Positions 17,743 to 27,959 of a stretch of DNA of 60,277 nt are shown here, piece by piece. The translations under genes and the position numbers were made by a program. Under the pieces are notes generated by a model. The model had not been told where the DNA came from. It searched no databases and saw only the letters and a list, made by a program, of their open reading frames with translations. Origin of the DNA: a virus. Taxonomy: Duplodnaviria > Caudoviricetes. The stretch lies in IMG/VR virus record IMGVR_UViG_3300042154_003205, positions 1 through 60,277 of that record; one strand, 5' to 3'. Numbering within the stretch: the first letter of the stretch is position 1; every line of letters begins with the position of its first letter.

Positions 17743-18445
17743 GTGTTAGAATACTGTTTGCTACAGCCTTGTGTCCTTCAGATAGAAGATGCCGCGTTGG
17801 CCCAATTGGATATACTCTAGTCAAGGCGTCAATGTTCCACTCGCCCCATTTGTAAAACTTTGAAAAGTCAATTTGGCCTAGTAACGTTTGGATCTCAACA
17901 TGCTCAGCATATAGTTGATCATCGTTCATTAAGTCAAAACACAAAAGTGATTTTACACTATTATTAAAGTCTTGCCAACCGGAACTCCACCTATCTATAT
18001 GATTATCGGCAGAATTCAGCATGAGATATTTTTTTGACTTGCTTTCTAAAAATGTTCGTAACAAAATAATTTGTTGCAACCACAACTTGAATGCATAAAG
18101 TTCGTTATGCCAAAAAGTATAATGTATTTTACCATAGTCGTAGTAGCTAGGATCGTTTCCGTACATGGTGTTACTCAGTAATCGATTGAAGTTGATTTCG
18201 TGATTGTTATCTTCTCGATATCGAGTAAATCGATTGGTAAAGGTCCATGCAATGTAAAATTCATCAAACTCGTCAACATGTTTGATAGTGTGATACATGA
18301 TACGTTCGTTGGTGCCACCACTTACTGCAACGTTTAAAAATTCTTTGTTTCTTGCTCTAGCAACCAACGCTGGCCAGGCCAAAGTATGTGGGTCATCCAA
18401 GTCATCGCCATATGTATGGCTACACCCGATAAAAAATAAGCTCAC
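17729..18445 (-). CDS. SGNH/GDSL-like hydrolase or acyltransferase domain protein
   Basis: GCSHTYG, NVAVSGGTN and C-terminal H..SEGH; GTG start with GAGGAG RBS. Confidence 0.6.
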   Translation of the reverse strand: MSLFFIGCSHTYGDDLDDPHTLAWPALVARARNKEFLNVAVSGGTNERIMYHTIKHVDEFDEFYIAWTFTNRFTRYREDNNHEINFNRLLSNTMYGNDPSYYDYGKIHYTFWHNELYAFKLWLQQIILLRTFLESKSKKYLMLNSADNHIDRWSSGWQDFNNSVKSLLCFDLMNDDQLYAEHVEIQTLLGQIDFSKFYKWGEWNIDALTRVYPIGPTRHLLSEGHKAVANSILTHDPN

Positions 18446-18455
18446 ACAAATCTCC

Positions 18456-18560
18456 TCATTTGTAAAGATATGGATCCTCGTGTTTAGACTCTTTAAGTTT
18501 TTTCCTAAACTTATAGTCTAACACAATGCGAAACCAGATAGATTTGAACAGTTTAATCAT
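18456..18560 (-). CDS. 34-aa basic micro-protein MIKLFKSIWFRIVLDYKFRKKLKESKHEDPYLYK
   Basis: ATGA overlap with the methyltransferase stop; its TGA overlaps the RBS of the next gene. Below the ORF-track cutoff. Confidence 0.6.
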   Translation of the reverse strand: MIKLFKSIWFRIVLDYKFRKKLKESKHEDPYLYK

Positions 18561-19246
18561 AATTTTTTGAACACATAAGTTATTAGCCCACCGTTGCGAT
18601 AGTTGAAGATAGATTTGATAGCAGTAAGTAAACCTATTTTTGGGTATGAATCAACAAGGGCAAACGGGCTAAACATAGACTTGACTTGAGAGCATAAAAA
18701 ACTAGTCTCATACGGCACCAACTCTTGATCGATTTTAAGTATCTTGCTTTTGTAGTCTATGTTAACTATTTTTTTTAATAATTTGCCACCAGGATGGTAC
18801 AGACCTACTATCAACGTGCCACCAGATTTAACTAACAATTTTATTTTTTCTACAGCATTGTTATGCATTGGAATATGATGCAGTACCCCTTGGCAAATTA
18901 CAATGTCAAATTGTGTGCTACTATCAAACTGTAGTACATCTTGTTTTTTGTAAGTGACATTTGTTATGTCATTTAATTTTGCATAGTTGTTTGCGTAATC
19001 AATTGCATCCGAAAAGTCTACTCCAGTGAACTGGCAATCCTGATATCTACTGGCAAACAAATTACTGATCAACCCAGTCCCGCACCCAAGATCTAATACA
19101 TGACTGCCAGAAGTCAAGTGTTGATCGATTAGCAATAGATATGGATTTTTAATCTGATCTTTGTGATATGACAGACTCTCTTTGGTATAATGCCCTGGAA
19201 ATTGATTCTGATTGTAAAATTGTTTTATGTTTTCTGGGTTAATCAT
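18557..19246 (-). CDS. Class I SAM-dependent methyltransferase
   Basis: VLDLGCGTG, GVDFS and FDIVICQGVLHH. Confidence 0.88.
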   Translation of the reverse strand: MINPENIKQFYNQNQFPGHYTKESLSYHKDQIKNPYLLLIDQHLTSGSHVLDLGCGTGLISNLFASRYQDCQFTGVDFSDAIDYANNYAKLNDITNVTYKKQDVLQFDSSTQFDIVICQGVLHHIPMHNNAVEKIKLLVKSGGTLIVGLYHPGGKLLKKIVNIDYKSKILKIDQELVPYETSFLCSQVKSMFSPFALVDSYPKIGLLTAIKSIFNYRNGGLITYVFKKL

Positions 19247-20256
19247 AAGGTCTGATAAATCTTCAGTAGCAGTTTGTTGTCATAGAATTCGCTCTCAATA
19301 TTTGTGAGTTGATCGGTAACAATCTGGTCCACTGATTCAAATTTGACATCACCTGGCGCCAGGTCCACATCCACGCCCGAAGTCTTGTTGGGTATCAGGG
19401 CCATTTCACGCAGACTATAATCCTTGATAAATGTTTCTTTGATAAAATTGGCTTCTTCATAACTGATCTCAATGTCCAAGTTCACACGCACATGCATTTT
19501 AGGTGCAAGCAACGTGGCTGCATTGTCAATTAGATTGGCAAGCCCGTGTACCCTGTATCTGGGCTGATTGGGCCATGCATGAAACTCGGGCTCTTTGCCC
19601 CATTCCAAGATCATCATGCCACGTTCATCATCACCGGCATCAGCATAGTTGTGTGGGAAGCAGTTGCCAATGTAAGTGATGTTGTTGGCTGTTTGACGTT
19701 TGTGGAAGTGTCCGGTAAACACATGATCAAAACCACCAAAGTCTCCGCGCTGTACTGTGCCATGATCTGGCATTTGTACCATGGCGTTCATGTAGTAGCC
19801 GGGCAGTTCAAAATGCCCAAATATATATTTACCCTTTAGTTTGGGTATGCGTTTGTGGTCATCGCCGCATAGCCAAGGAGCAATAACAACGTCACCATGA
19901 CTGAACCAATCATTGCAAATTTGAACTTTCGGCAAATGTTTGGCCCACTCCACACTTTGAATATCGCGCTTGTCTCGATAATAAAGATCGTGATTGCCAG
20001 GAATGAAATATACCCGATCAAAGTTGTCATTCATGTGCTCCAGGGCCCGGAGGCTGTAGCTCAGGGTAACAATATTTAAGCTGGCCCTGTTGTTGTGCCA
20101 GTCTCCTAGGAACATGCAAGTTTCGCAACCTTGTTCTTTTGCAGTGGCAGTGGCCCATTTGACGAAATCCAAACAGTCGTCATTGTGTGTTTGACTGTTA
20201 GACTTCAATCCAAAATGTATGTCTGTGAAGACTGCGGCTTTTTTAAATAGGTTCAT
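19243..20256 (-). CDS. gp47: Recombination endonuclease nuclease subunit (gp47/SbcD/Mre11)
   Basis: Metallophosphoesterase motifs DIHFG, GDWH, GNHD, GHFE and GHFH. Confidence 0.93.
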   Translation of the reverse strand: MNLFKKAAVFTDIHFGLKSNSQTHNDDCLDFVKWATATAKEQGCETCMFLGDWHNNRASLNIVTLSYSLRALEHMNDNFDRVYFIPGNHDLYYRDKRDIQSVEWAKHLPKVQICNDWFSHGDVVIAPWLCGDDHKRIPKLKGKYIFGHFELPGYYMNAMVQMPDHGTVQRGDFGGFDHVFTGHFHKRQTANNITYIGNCFPHNYADAGDDERGMMILEWGKEPEFHAWPNQPRYRVHGLANLIDNAATLLAPKMHVRVNLDIEISYEEANFIKETFIKDYSLREMALIPNKTSGVDVDLAPGDVKFESVDQIVTDQLTNIESEFYDNKLLLKIYQTL

Positions 20257-21143
20257 ATGGTGTAGAGTAGTTCCTTCAAGTGTACACTATTTGTGGGGAA
20301 CTTGTCAAGTTCATGACACCTTATTTCATAGCCTAAATTCCTCAGTTGCCATTGAACATAAGATTCGCTGGCCAATGGCAGGTTTTGATCAGACCAGTCA
20401 AACTCAAAATTGTTCACAATGGAATCAACAATGTTTTTGCACAGCTGATCTTGATTGTTATGTATCTGCAGTTGTAAATTTGTTTCATGATATGGTAGCA
20501 AATCAGAAATTGGTCTAACAAAATTGAGATCAAGTGCTTGTTGTAATCGGGACATGACCGATTCAAAGTTGTATAATAAATCTTTTATGAGTATATCGTG
20601 CGACCTTGGATGTTTCCACGCATCCAAATGATACCACTCAACTTGATCGTACCAAGCAGGCATTAGATAAAAACTTAAAAATTCTCTGCGAATCCATGTG
20701 GGAATTTCTTCAATTGGTGTATTGCTGACTGCCCAATTTGAATAAATTTTTGATACGTCTATTGATGTGGAAAAATGGTGCGACCACCAATCATGCCATG
20801 GTTTGGAAAGATAATTGTTCACACTCAACATCATGCTGTCTCGGTCTGGATACAAGTAAATGATGTTGGACACCGACTCTAAGATCTCTGTTAAATTGTT
20901 TGTTAACAATTCTTCAGCTGATGTCTTGGGGTGCAGTCTTACAAATTTGTGTTGATTGTTGGTTGACAAGTAGTTGCGCCAGTCCAGCATTCCTGACAAA
21001 AAATTTCCTTCAAACCCATGACTGCTGCCATCGGTGTTGAATGGTGCTCGAATGACGTCTGTAGAACACAGCGTGGTCAAACACCATTCAACATAAGTGC
21101 CGTAGCTGCCAGCACTGTAAATTATAGGAACAGTGCTGATCAT
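20253..21143 (-). CDS. Hypothetical protein (possible sulfotransferase-like fold)
   Basis: 296 aa; N-terminal YSAGSYGTY loop; ATGA overlaps on both sides. Confidence 0.55.
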   Translation of the reverse strand: MISTVPIIYSAGSYGTYVEWCLTTLCSTDVIRAPFNTDGSSHGFEGNFLSGMLDWRNYLSTNNQHKFVRLHPKTSAEELLTNNLTEILESVSNIIYLYPDRDSMMLSVNNYLSKPWHDWWSHHFSTSIDVSKIYSNWAVSNTPIEEIPTWIRREFLSFYLMPAWYDQVEWYHLDAWKHPRSHDILIKDLLYNFESVMSRLQQALDLNFVRPISDLLPYHETNLQLQIHNNQDQLCKNIVDSIVNNFEFDWSDQNLPLASESYVQWQLRNLGYEIRCHELDKFPTNSVHLKELLYTI

Positions 21144-22036
21144 TCTTCATAGGTGGTGGTCACTGGGCCACTCATAGCTGCCATACTGGCTCGTCCAGAA
21201 TTCTGGCGTGTCCATGAAGGATTCAAGCCGTTCATTTCTAAAATGTCATCACGGATGTTTTGATTTTTCTTTTCAATGTTCAAGATGCGAGTAAAGCTAT
21301 TAGTGATAGCGGCAGTATAATACGCAAAAGGATTCTGCGATTTTGATTCGTCGAATTGCAAGCCGATTTGACTGAGTTGTAACAGGGCTTGTCCGCGCAT
21401 TTCTTCATTGTAAGTGTATCCTCTCCAGTTGGATCTTGTGGCATAACGTTCACACAGTTTCATAAACATAGTGGCCAGTTTGCGTGTCATGTTGCCATGA
21501 TCCTTGGAAAACTCGCCAGAGTCCAAATCACCACGCCAGTGGCTTTTGCCCACCAGCACAGGGTTCTTGTCCTCGTCTAGCCTGTAATGCCAGAACGGGG
21601 GAAAGTTCACTCGCATGTGTGTGGGGTCCAGCACAACGTCCTCAACAAGATCCGCCAGCGGATCTTCTACAACATCATCCAAGTCCAAGATGTCTTCGAT
21701 CTTTTTCTTTTTAGTGGCAGTTTTTGGTATTTTTTTGGGTGCCATGGGTATGTGTTCCCAAGTCATAATGCGGAAAACCACTTCTGTATTGGGTATTTTT
21801 TTGGGATCAATCACTTCACCAGTCTCGCGCTTGTGACGGTCAGCACGATTGCGGCGTGCTTCTGCAATGGTCTTTTGATTGATTTTGTCCACTGAGGGCA
21901 GGATCATGTCAAACTGATGATCAGTTGTTCTGTCTCGAAAAGCACAGTAGGTGTTTTTGCTGAGATGGATTTCTTTCAAGATGTCACGGTTGTTAAGGTA
22001 GTTGACCTTGGCAGCGGGTTTGGCAATTAGTGTCAT
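21140..22036 (-). CDS. gp55: Late-transcription sigma factor (gp55-like)
   Basis: NYLNN, NWRGYTYNEEM and FDESKSQNPFAYYT...F.RI..EKK; start at 22036 after GGAG. Confidence 0.85.
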   Translation of the reverse strand: MTLIAKPAAKVNYLNNRDILKEIHLSKNTYCAFRDRTTDHQFDMILPSVDKINQKTIAEARRNRADRHKRETGEVIDPKKIPNTEVVFRIMTWEHIPMAPKKIPKTATKKKKIEDILDLDDVVEDPLADLVEDVVLDPTHMRVNFPPFWHYRLDEDKNPVLVGKSHWRGDLDSGEFSKDHGNMTRKLATMFMKLCERYATRSNWRGYTYNEEMRGQALLQLSQIGLQFDESKSQNPFAYYTAAITNSFTRILNIEKKNQNIRDDILEMNGLNPSWTRQNSGRASMAAMSGPVTTTYEE

Positions 22037-22063
22037 CAGCGGGGTTTCTCCAGATATGTACTT

Positions 22064-22091
22064 ATTGTAGCACAAATACAACGTTTGTCAA
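22064..22091 (-). promoter_or_regulatory. Sigma70-type promoter for the gp55/gp47/gp46 operon
   Basis: TTGACA-N16-TACAAT with an extended -10 TGn. Confidence 0.7.
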
Positions 22092-22100
22092 CCTTTCTTT

Positions 22101-22129
22101 AAGTGTGTGGTTTTTAATTTGGGTAAATA
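22101..22129 (+). promoter_or_regulatory. Late promoter (TAAATA) with upstream GTTTTT element
   Basis: AAGTGTGTGGTTTTT-N8-TAAATA ahead of the baseplate operon; same architecture at 30068-30096. Confidence 0.55.
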
Positions 22130-22146
22130 ACAGATAGGAACATAAA

Positions 22147-23493
22147 ATGGCAACACCGGCTCAGTTACAAGCACAGGCAGCATTGTTAGAACAACAGATT
22201 GCACGGCTCACACAACAGATATCAGCTGCTGACACACCGCCACAACAACAACAGGCGTTGATCATTCAGCGCGGACAGGCCCTAAATGATCTTGTGGTTG
22301 TTCAACAAGAAATCACATCTTTCACGCAGCAAAGCAATCCGCCTGATCCTAACGTGCCTGTGGCCGCTGGACCCGTAGATTCTGCGCCCACGGTGTTCCA
22401 ACCTCCTGCTGTGCCTGGTTCGGCAGCTGCTGGGCCAGCGTTCAATCAAGGCAATCTTGGCACAAGAGCAGAACCTGTGTCGCAAGCTGACCCCAATGCT
22501 GCTTTAACTATTGAACAAACTCAACAAAATGTGCTTACTGCTATTAACAAACCTGCACCTGTGGAAACAGGGCCCAGCAGCGGGTATTACACTGCGGCAA
22601 CAGCTGAGCAAAACAAAGCCAACGAGTTAAATTTTGGTAGAGACGCTGCATTTGACGCAGCACAAGAAGAACAACTCAAGCGTGAGGCAGCAGTAGCGGC
22701 CGAGTTTCAATCGCCTGCCAACGGCGACTGGCGTGTGCGCCTGCGACTGGCACCCGGAGCCTCGTACCTGTACAAAGATAAGGATGTGGCGACCAGCATA
22801 TTAGCACCACTGGCAGCCAGTGGCGGTGTGGTGTTTCCCTACATGCCCAACATTACCACCTCGTACAATGCCAACTATGATCAAACAGACCTCACACACT
22901 CAAATTATCGAGGACAGTTTTACAAAAGTTCATATGTGGGCGATATCAACATCAGTGGAGAATTCACTGCACAAGACACAGCTGAAGCCAATTACTTGTT
23001 GGCAGTGATACATTTCTTTCGTTCAGTGACCAAGATGTTCTACGGGGCCAAAGATGATTTTCGCGGCACTCCACCTCCCTTGGTATATCTTATTGGCCTG
23101 GGACAGTACCAGTTCAACAACCAACCCTGTGTGGTCAGAACATTCAACTACAGCATGCCCAACAACTGTGACTACATTCGAACCAAGCCCAACAACTACA
23201 ATGTGAACCTGGGTGATCGACAAACCAAGACACAAACTGGCCTCAATCCCATTGAGGCTGTGATTGCTCGACTGCGTACTGCTGCATTGCCCAAAGGGGC
23301 GTTGCCCAATGTTCCGGCACAGACTTTGCTGGATCTACAAAGCATAAACATGATTGACAATAGTACCTATGTTCCCACTCGTTGTGAAATAAGCATCACC
23401 CTCATGCCCATACAAACACGCAACCAACAAAGCACGTTGTTCAACATGAAAGAATATGCCAGTGGACAATTGCTAAAAGGAGGGTTCTGGTAA
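22147..23493 (+). CDS. Baseplate/tail-tube initiator-like structural protein
   Basis: Tube-fold-like core (GVVFPYMP, ISGEFT, PPPLVYL, PCVVRTFNY, VPTRCEISITL) after a low-complexity N-terminus; first gene of the baseplate operon. Confidence 0.55.
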   Translation: MATPAQLQAQAALLEQQIARLTQQISAADTPPQQQQALIIQRGQALNDLVVVQQEITSFTQQSNPPDPNVPVAAGPVDSAPTVFQPPAVPGSAAAGPAFNQGNLGTRAEPVSQADPNAALTIEQTQQNVLTAINKPAPVETGPSSGYYTAATAEQNKANELNFGRDAAFDAAQEEQLKREAAVAAEFQSPANGDWRVRLRLAPGASYLYKDKDVATSILAPLAASGGVVFPYMPNITTSYNANYDQTDLTHSNYRGQFYKSSYVGDINISGEFTAQDTAEANYLLAVIHFFRSVTKMFYGAKDDFRGTPPPLVYLIGLGQYQFNNQPCVVRTFNYSMPNNCDYIRTKPNNYNVNLGDRQTKTQTGLNPIEAVIARLRTAALPKGALPNVPAQTLLDLQSINMIDNSTYVPTRCEISITLMPIQTRNQQSTLFNMKEYASGQLLKGGFW

Positions 23494-23792
23494 TGGCCAA
23501 CTATGACGCAACCAGCCCGTATTTTCTCACAGGATACAATCAGTTCTATCTTGATGTCATGGTGGATCGACCCTTGCCCAAGGAAAGTGATGACTTGAAT
23601 TTTACCATCAATCTCACTTATCAATATCGTCCAGACTTGTTGGCACATGACCTTTATAGTGATGCTCGACTGTGGTGGGTGTTTTATCAACGCAACCCCA
23701 ACACACTGACCAAACCGCCCTTGGATTTTGTAGTGGGCACCACGATCTATCTGCCCAAAATCACCACACTCAAATCTGTATTGGGATTCTAA
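23493..23792 (+). CDS. gp53: Baseplate wedge protein (gp53/LysM-like)
   Basis: YRPDLLAHDLY...LWWVF...GTTIYLP. Confidence 0.75.
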   Translation: MANYDATSPYFLTGYNQFYLDVMVDRPLPKESDDLNFTINLTYQYRPDLLAHDLYSDARLWWVFYQRNPNTLTKPPLDFVVGTTIYLPKITTLKSVLGF

Positions 23793-23795
23793 TAT

Positions 23796-26447
23796 ATGGC
23801 AGCACCTCCAATTCTCCCCAATGGTGTTGACAACACAAATAACAGCAACAGCAATGTAAATAAAAACAACGAAGATGCCGCGCCATCGTTGGATCCGGTC
23901 AATGTTTACGCTACACAGAAAAAGATTGACGAGTCAGGCAATCTCACAGCCACAAACGAAATAACACCACAGCCCAATGTGCTGGACAGATTCGCCAGCT
24001 ACACCTACAGCGCCAGTGTGTATTTGATGAGCACCTTGCAGTATGAACGTTTGTTGCGCAGAAAGAAAAAAGACATCAACGGATATTTTTTGCTGTTTCA
24101 AAGTGGTGGCGCACCCACCAACCGGGGTGGATTCCTGGGCAAAGGATCAGGTGAAGTGGGCGGACGAAATCCAGGCACTGAAGGTCTTGATGATCTGGGT
24201 GTGGACGACTTTGGTAGAAACCCTGCGTTTCCCCAGGATTTTTACATTGACTCTATCACCATAGACAATGCTTTGCCTGGACGGGCCACGCAAACAGCCC
24301 ACATGGTCACAGATCTCAAATTCACTGTGATAGAGCCTGGCAACATCACCTTGTTGGACCGACTGTATCGTGCAGTGCAAGATGCTGGACAGGTGCAAGG
24401 TGAGAATCAACCCATCAATTACACAGCAGCAGCCTATCTCATGGTCATACGCTGGTATGGCTATGACATCAATGGCAACCTGATGGCAGTTGGCGCTGCT
24501 GACCCCAACACAGGGCTAACAGACCCCAATGCTGTTGTAGAAAAGTTCATACCATTTATCATTAAAAAAATTGACTGGAGTGTGAGTTCAAAACTGGTCA
24601 CTTATGATTTTCACTGCGCACCCATTGGTCAAATGGTTGCTGGCGGCACCCGTCGCGGCACTGTGCCTTATGACACACAGTTTACAGCATCGTCAGTGAG
24701 TGCGTTGCTGGGCAATGGTTTGCAATACACATCCGGCACAGCACCCAACGCCAGTCCAGGAAACTCCACAACCACAGGTGGTGCATTTTCTCGGCCAGAC
24801 TTTTCTCCACAGGCTGTTTCTGGATCAACAGCGCAGCCACCTCCGCCCAAGGCATCTGCGGCACCCAGTGGCAAGCTGGTGATCAAACAAGGACTCATGG
24901 GAGCAATGAATGCATATCAGCAAGAGTTGGTAAAAAAAGGCATTTATGATGTGGCAGACACTTATGCCATTGAGTTTGCTGGTGGCATTGGCGATGCTAC
25001 ACTGAGATTGCCTGGCAGAATTAACCAGGCAGACGATGGTCCCATGGGACCTCCAGATCCAAATCAAGCACTTGATCCAGCAAAAAACCCTGTGGACATC
25101 TCAAATCGCAACTTCAGTGTCACTGCTGGCATGCAGTTGGTGCAGGCCATTGACCTTGTGATCAGAAACAGCAGTTACATACTGGATCAGCAGTTGACAG
25201 TGATAGATGCCAAGACTCAAATTGAAACTCCCAATCCCAAAAGAGACCTTACAAAGCCCATGAAATGGTATGAAATCAGTTTTGAAGCAACGCAAAACAA
25301 AAAATATGATCCCAAACGTCGAGACTATGCCTATGACATTTTGTTCATTGTGACTCCTTATTTTTTGCAAAACTTTGAATCTAGATATTTCCCACTCACA
25401 AGATTCCGTGGCGTGCATAAATCATATCCCTATTGGTTCACTGGTGCCAATACCGCAGTGCTGGATTTCACTGCCAACTTCAACAGTCTTTACAACCTAA
25501 CAGTAACTGGCACCAATGCGCAAGACAGTGTGGCAGCACGTCAAAGAGAATTGTTCACTGCCAGCATGCGAGAAATACCCAAGTATACTTACTTGGCTGC
25601 CAGCTCCGAAAGTAGAGCAGGCGAAGACGGTCGTGCGCTGGAGGTGCAGGCCAATGCTGCCGAATATCTCTATAGTCCTGGTGACATGGGCACTACCAAA
25701 ATGCGTATCATAGGAGATCCAAGTTGGATTCAACAAGGTAGTATATCCGGTGGCGTCAATGCCAAAGAATTCAGTTTTTCACCGTTTTTTCCTGATGGTA
25801 CCATAAATTTTGATTCTGAACAAGTAATGTTTGAAATTTCATGGCAACGTCCCAACGACTATAATATAACCACCGGGCTGGCAGACCCTTATGCCGGGGG
25901 AAACAACAAAGATCGACTGCCAATACAAAGTACAGTTTACCAGGCCACGCGAGTGGTCAGTGAGTTCAGACAAGGCAAATTTGAACAGACCATTGAAGGC
26001 TCATTGTTTTTCTTTCCCAAACCCGATGGCACTAACACTGTGGGCAAGTCCACTGGGCAAACCACTGCGCAGACCACAAGTAGTGGTAATGACAATGCCA
26101 CAGATGTGGCAAATCTGTCTAGGTCAAACGCACAGACGCCCACAGCAGCACAAAACTTTGTAGCCACCACCAATAACAATATAGTCAGCAAAGTGACCAA
26201 TGGAGCAGCGTTGTCCTCTACTGGCACTATACCAGCCACTGCTCCTCCACCCACCAACATTGTGGCTGTTGCCACACCACCAGCGGCTGTGAACAGCAAT
26301 AGCACAGTTGGTCCATCATCATATCCGCGGGCATCCACTGGATCTGGAGTGGTTCCAATCAAGACCACACAATCAGCGCCACAACCGTTGAATGTCAACC
26401 CGTTTGCCACAGCGGGTCGCACACAAACCATAGTAAGAGAAAGTTAA
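23796..26447 (+). CDS. Baseplate hub protein (gp27-like, inferred)
   Basis: 883 aa between the gp53-like and gp5-like genes; IIGDP and Y..T.V.SEF..GKFEQT motifs. Confidence 0.5.
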   Translation: MAAPPILPNGVDNTNNSNSNVNKNNEDAAPSLDPVNVYATQKKIDESGNLTATNEITPQPNVLDRFASYTYSASVYLMSTLQYERLLRRKKKDINGYFLLFQSGGAPTNRGGFLGKGSGEVGGRNPGTEGLDDLGVDDFGRNPAFPQDFYIDSITIDNALPGRATQTAHMVTDLKFTVIEPGNITLLDRLYRAVQDAGQVQGENQPINYTAAAYLMVIRWYGYDINGNLMAVGAADPNTGLTDPNAVVEKFIPFIIKKIDWSVSSKLVTYDFHCAPIGQMVAGGTRRGTVPYDTQFTASSVSALLGNGLQYTSGTAPNASPGNSTTTGGAFSRPDFSPQAVSGSTAQPPPPKASAAPSGKLVIKQGLMGAMNAYQQELVKKGIYDVADTYAIEFAGGIGDATLRLPGRINQADDGPMGPPDPNQALDPAKNPVDISNRNFSVTAGMQLVQAIDLVIRNSSYILDQQLTVIDAKTQIETPNPKRDLTKPMKWYEISFEATQNKKYDPKRRDYAYDILFIVTPYFLQNFESRYFPLTRFRGVHKSYPYWFTGANTAVLDFTANFNSLYNLTVTGTNAQDSVAARQRELFTASMREIPKYTYLAASSESRAGEDGRALEVQANAAEYLYSPGDMGTTKMRIIGDPSWIQQGSISGGVNAKEFSFSPFFPDGTINFDSEQVMFEISWQRPNDYNITTGLADPYAGGNNKDRLPIQSTVYQATRVVSEFRQGKFEQTIEGSLFFFPKPDGTNTVGKSTGQTTAQTTSSGNDNATDVANLSRSNAQTPTAAQNFVATTNNNIVSKVTNGAALSSTGTIPATAPPPTNIVAVATPPAAVNSNSTVGPSSYPRASTGSGVVPIKTTQSAPQPLNVNPFATAGRTQTIVRES

Positions 26448-26456
26448 GGAGCAATT

Positions 26457-27959
26457 TTGTCAGAAGAAATACAACGCAGCAGAGGTCGCCCGCAAAATTA
26501 CAAACTGGATCGTGGCGGTGTACCCTCAGAATTTGGACCATTTGTAGGCATTGTGATGAACAATGTGGATCCCACACGGGCAGGACGGCTACAGGTATAC
26601 ATTGAAACGTTCAGTGGTGGTGACATGAACGACAGCACCAAATGGACCACTGTGCGGTATTTGCCAGGATTTTATGGCTACACACCTGCAGGCAAAAATG
26701 CAGACAACAATATTGGCCAATACACTCAAAATCAAAACGCCTATGGCATGTGGTTTACTCCTCCTGACATTGGCATCACAGTGTTGTGTGTGTTTGCCAA
26801 TGGAGACCGTCAGCTGGGTTATTACATTGGTGTGGTACCTGACACTGGGCTGGGACACATGGTACCAGCTGTGGGCAGCAGTGCCAACTATGTCGCCACC
26901 AACAAAAATCAAGAAACGTATTTTGCTGACGATGAGTATTTGCCAGTCACAGAAATCAACGTCAACAACGAAGCCATAGTTAATAATGGTAGATTTTTTA
27001 ATCAGCCCAAGCCAGTACACAGTGTGGCCGCTCAGGCATTCTTTCAGCAAGGGCTCAATAGAGATATTGAACGCGGGCCCATAAGATCAACCAGTCAACG
27101 AGAAACTCCCAGCAAAGTTTTTGGTATTTCAACTCCAGGAATACCAGTGTACAATGGCGGCATGTCTCCGCAGGACATCAGCCAAAAAATTCAAAATAAT
27201 GAAATCAGACCTGATCAAGCTGAAGTCATAGGTCGCATGGGTGGTCATACTCTTGTGATGGATGACGGTGACATCAATGGGCAAAATGCCTTGTTTAGAC
27301 TGCGCACACCAAAAGGTCATCAGATCACCATGAATGACTCAGGCAACTTTTTTTACATAACACATGCTAACGGGCAAACATGGTTGGAGTTTGGTGCCGA
27401 AGGCACAGTGGATGTGTTCAGTACCAACTCTATCAACATGCGCACTCAAGGCGATATAAACTTTCATGCTGATCGTGACATCAACATGTATGCTGGCGGC
27501 AACATACAAGTCAAAACTGCCAATGCTATGACAGTAGAGGCCATGACTGATTTAAATATTTCTGCACAGCGAGATTTTAAAATCTTCAGTAAAAATACAA
27601 TTGGTGTCAAGGCCGATGGTTCTTTAGTATTGAACAGCGCCAGTGGTTCATGGAATGGTGGCGATGCATTGTTGTTCACAGCCGGCGGAATAGATCTTAA
27701 TGGTCCTGCAGCAGCCACAGTCACAGCACCAATTCCCATAGCCAAGATCATGCTGGATGACACTGAGTTTGACACTGCCAAGGGCTGGCAAGTCAAAGAT
27801 GTTGCCTTGGAAACCATTGTACCCAGAGCACCCACACATGAACCTTACCCTTATCACAATCTAGGAGTAGACGTCAAAGTCAAACTGGAACCAGGCAAAC
27901 CCAACCCGCCACCAGGTGCACCGGCTGTGCCAGCAGGAGTGGTGATCAAAGCACTATGA
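26457..27959 (+). CDS. gp5: Baseplate central spike (gp5/VgrG-like), TTG start
   Basis: OB-fold DPTRAGRLQVYI and GMWFTPPDIG..VL; GHTLVMDD/GHQITMND beta-helix repeats; AGGAG RBS. Confidence 0.8.
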   Translation: MSEEIQRSRGRPQNYKLDRGGVPSEFGPFVGIVMNNVDPTRAGRLQVYIETFSGGDMNDSTKWTTVRYLPGFYGYTPAGKNADNNIGQYTQNQNAYGMWFTPPDIGITVLCVFANGDRQLGYYIGVVPDTGLGHMVPAVGSSANYVATNKNQETYFADDEYLPVTEINVNNEAIVNNGRFFNQPKPVHSVAAQAFFQQGLNRDIERGPIRSTSQRETPSKVFGISTPGIPVYNGGMSPQDISQKIQNNEIRPDQAEVIGRMGGHTLVMDDGDINGQNALFRLRTPKGHQITMNDSGNFFYITHANGQTWLEFGAEGTVDVFSTNSINMRTQGDINFHADRDINMYAGGNIQVKTANAMTVEAMTDLNISAQRDFKIFSKNTIGVKADGSLVLNSASGSWNGGDALLFTAGGIDLNGPAAATVTAPIPIAKIMLDDTEFDTAKGWQVKDVALETIVPRAPTHEPYPYHNLGVDVKVKLEPGKPNPPPGAPAVPAGVVIKAL

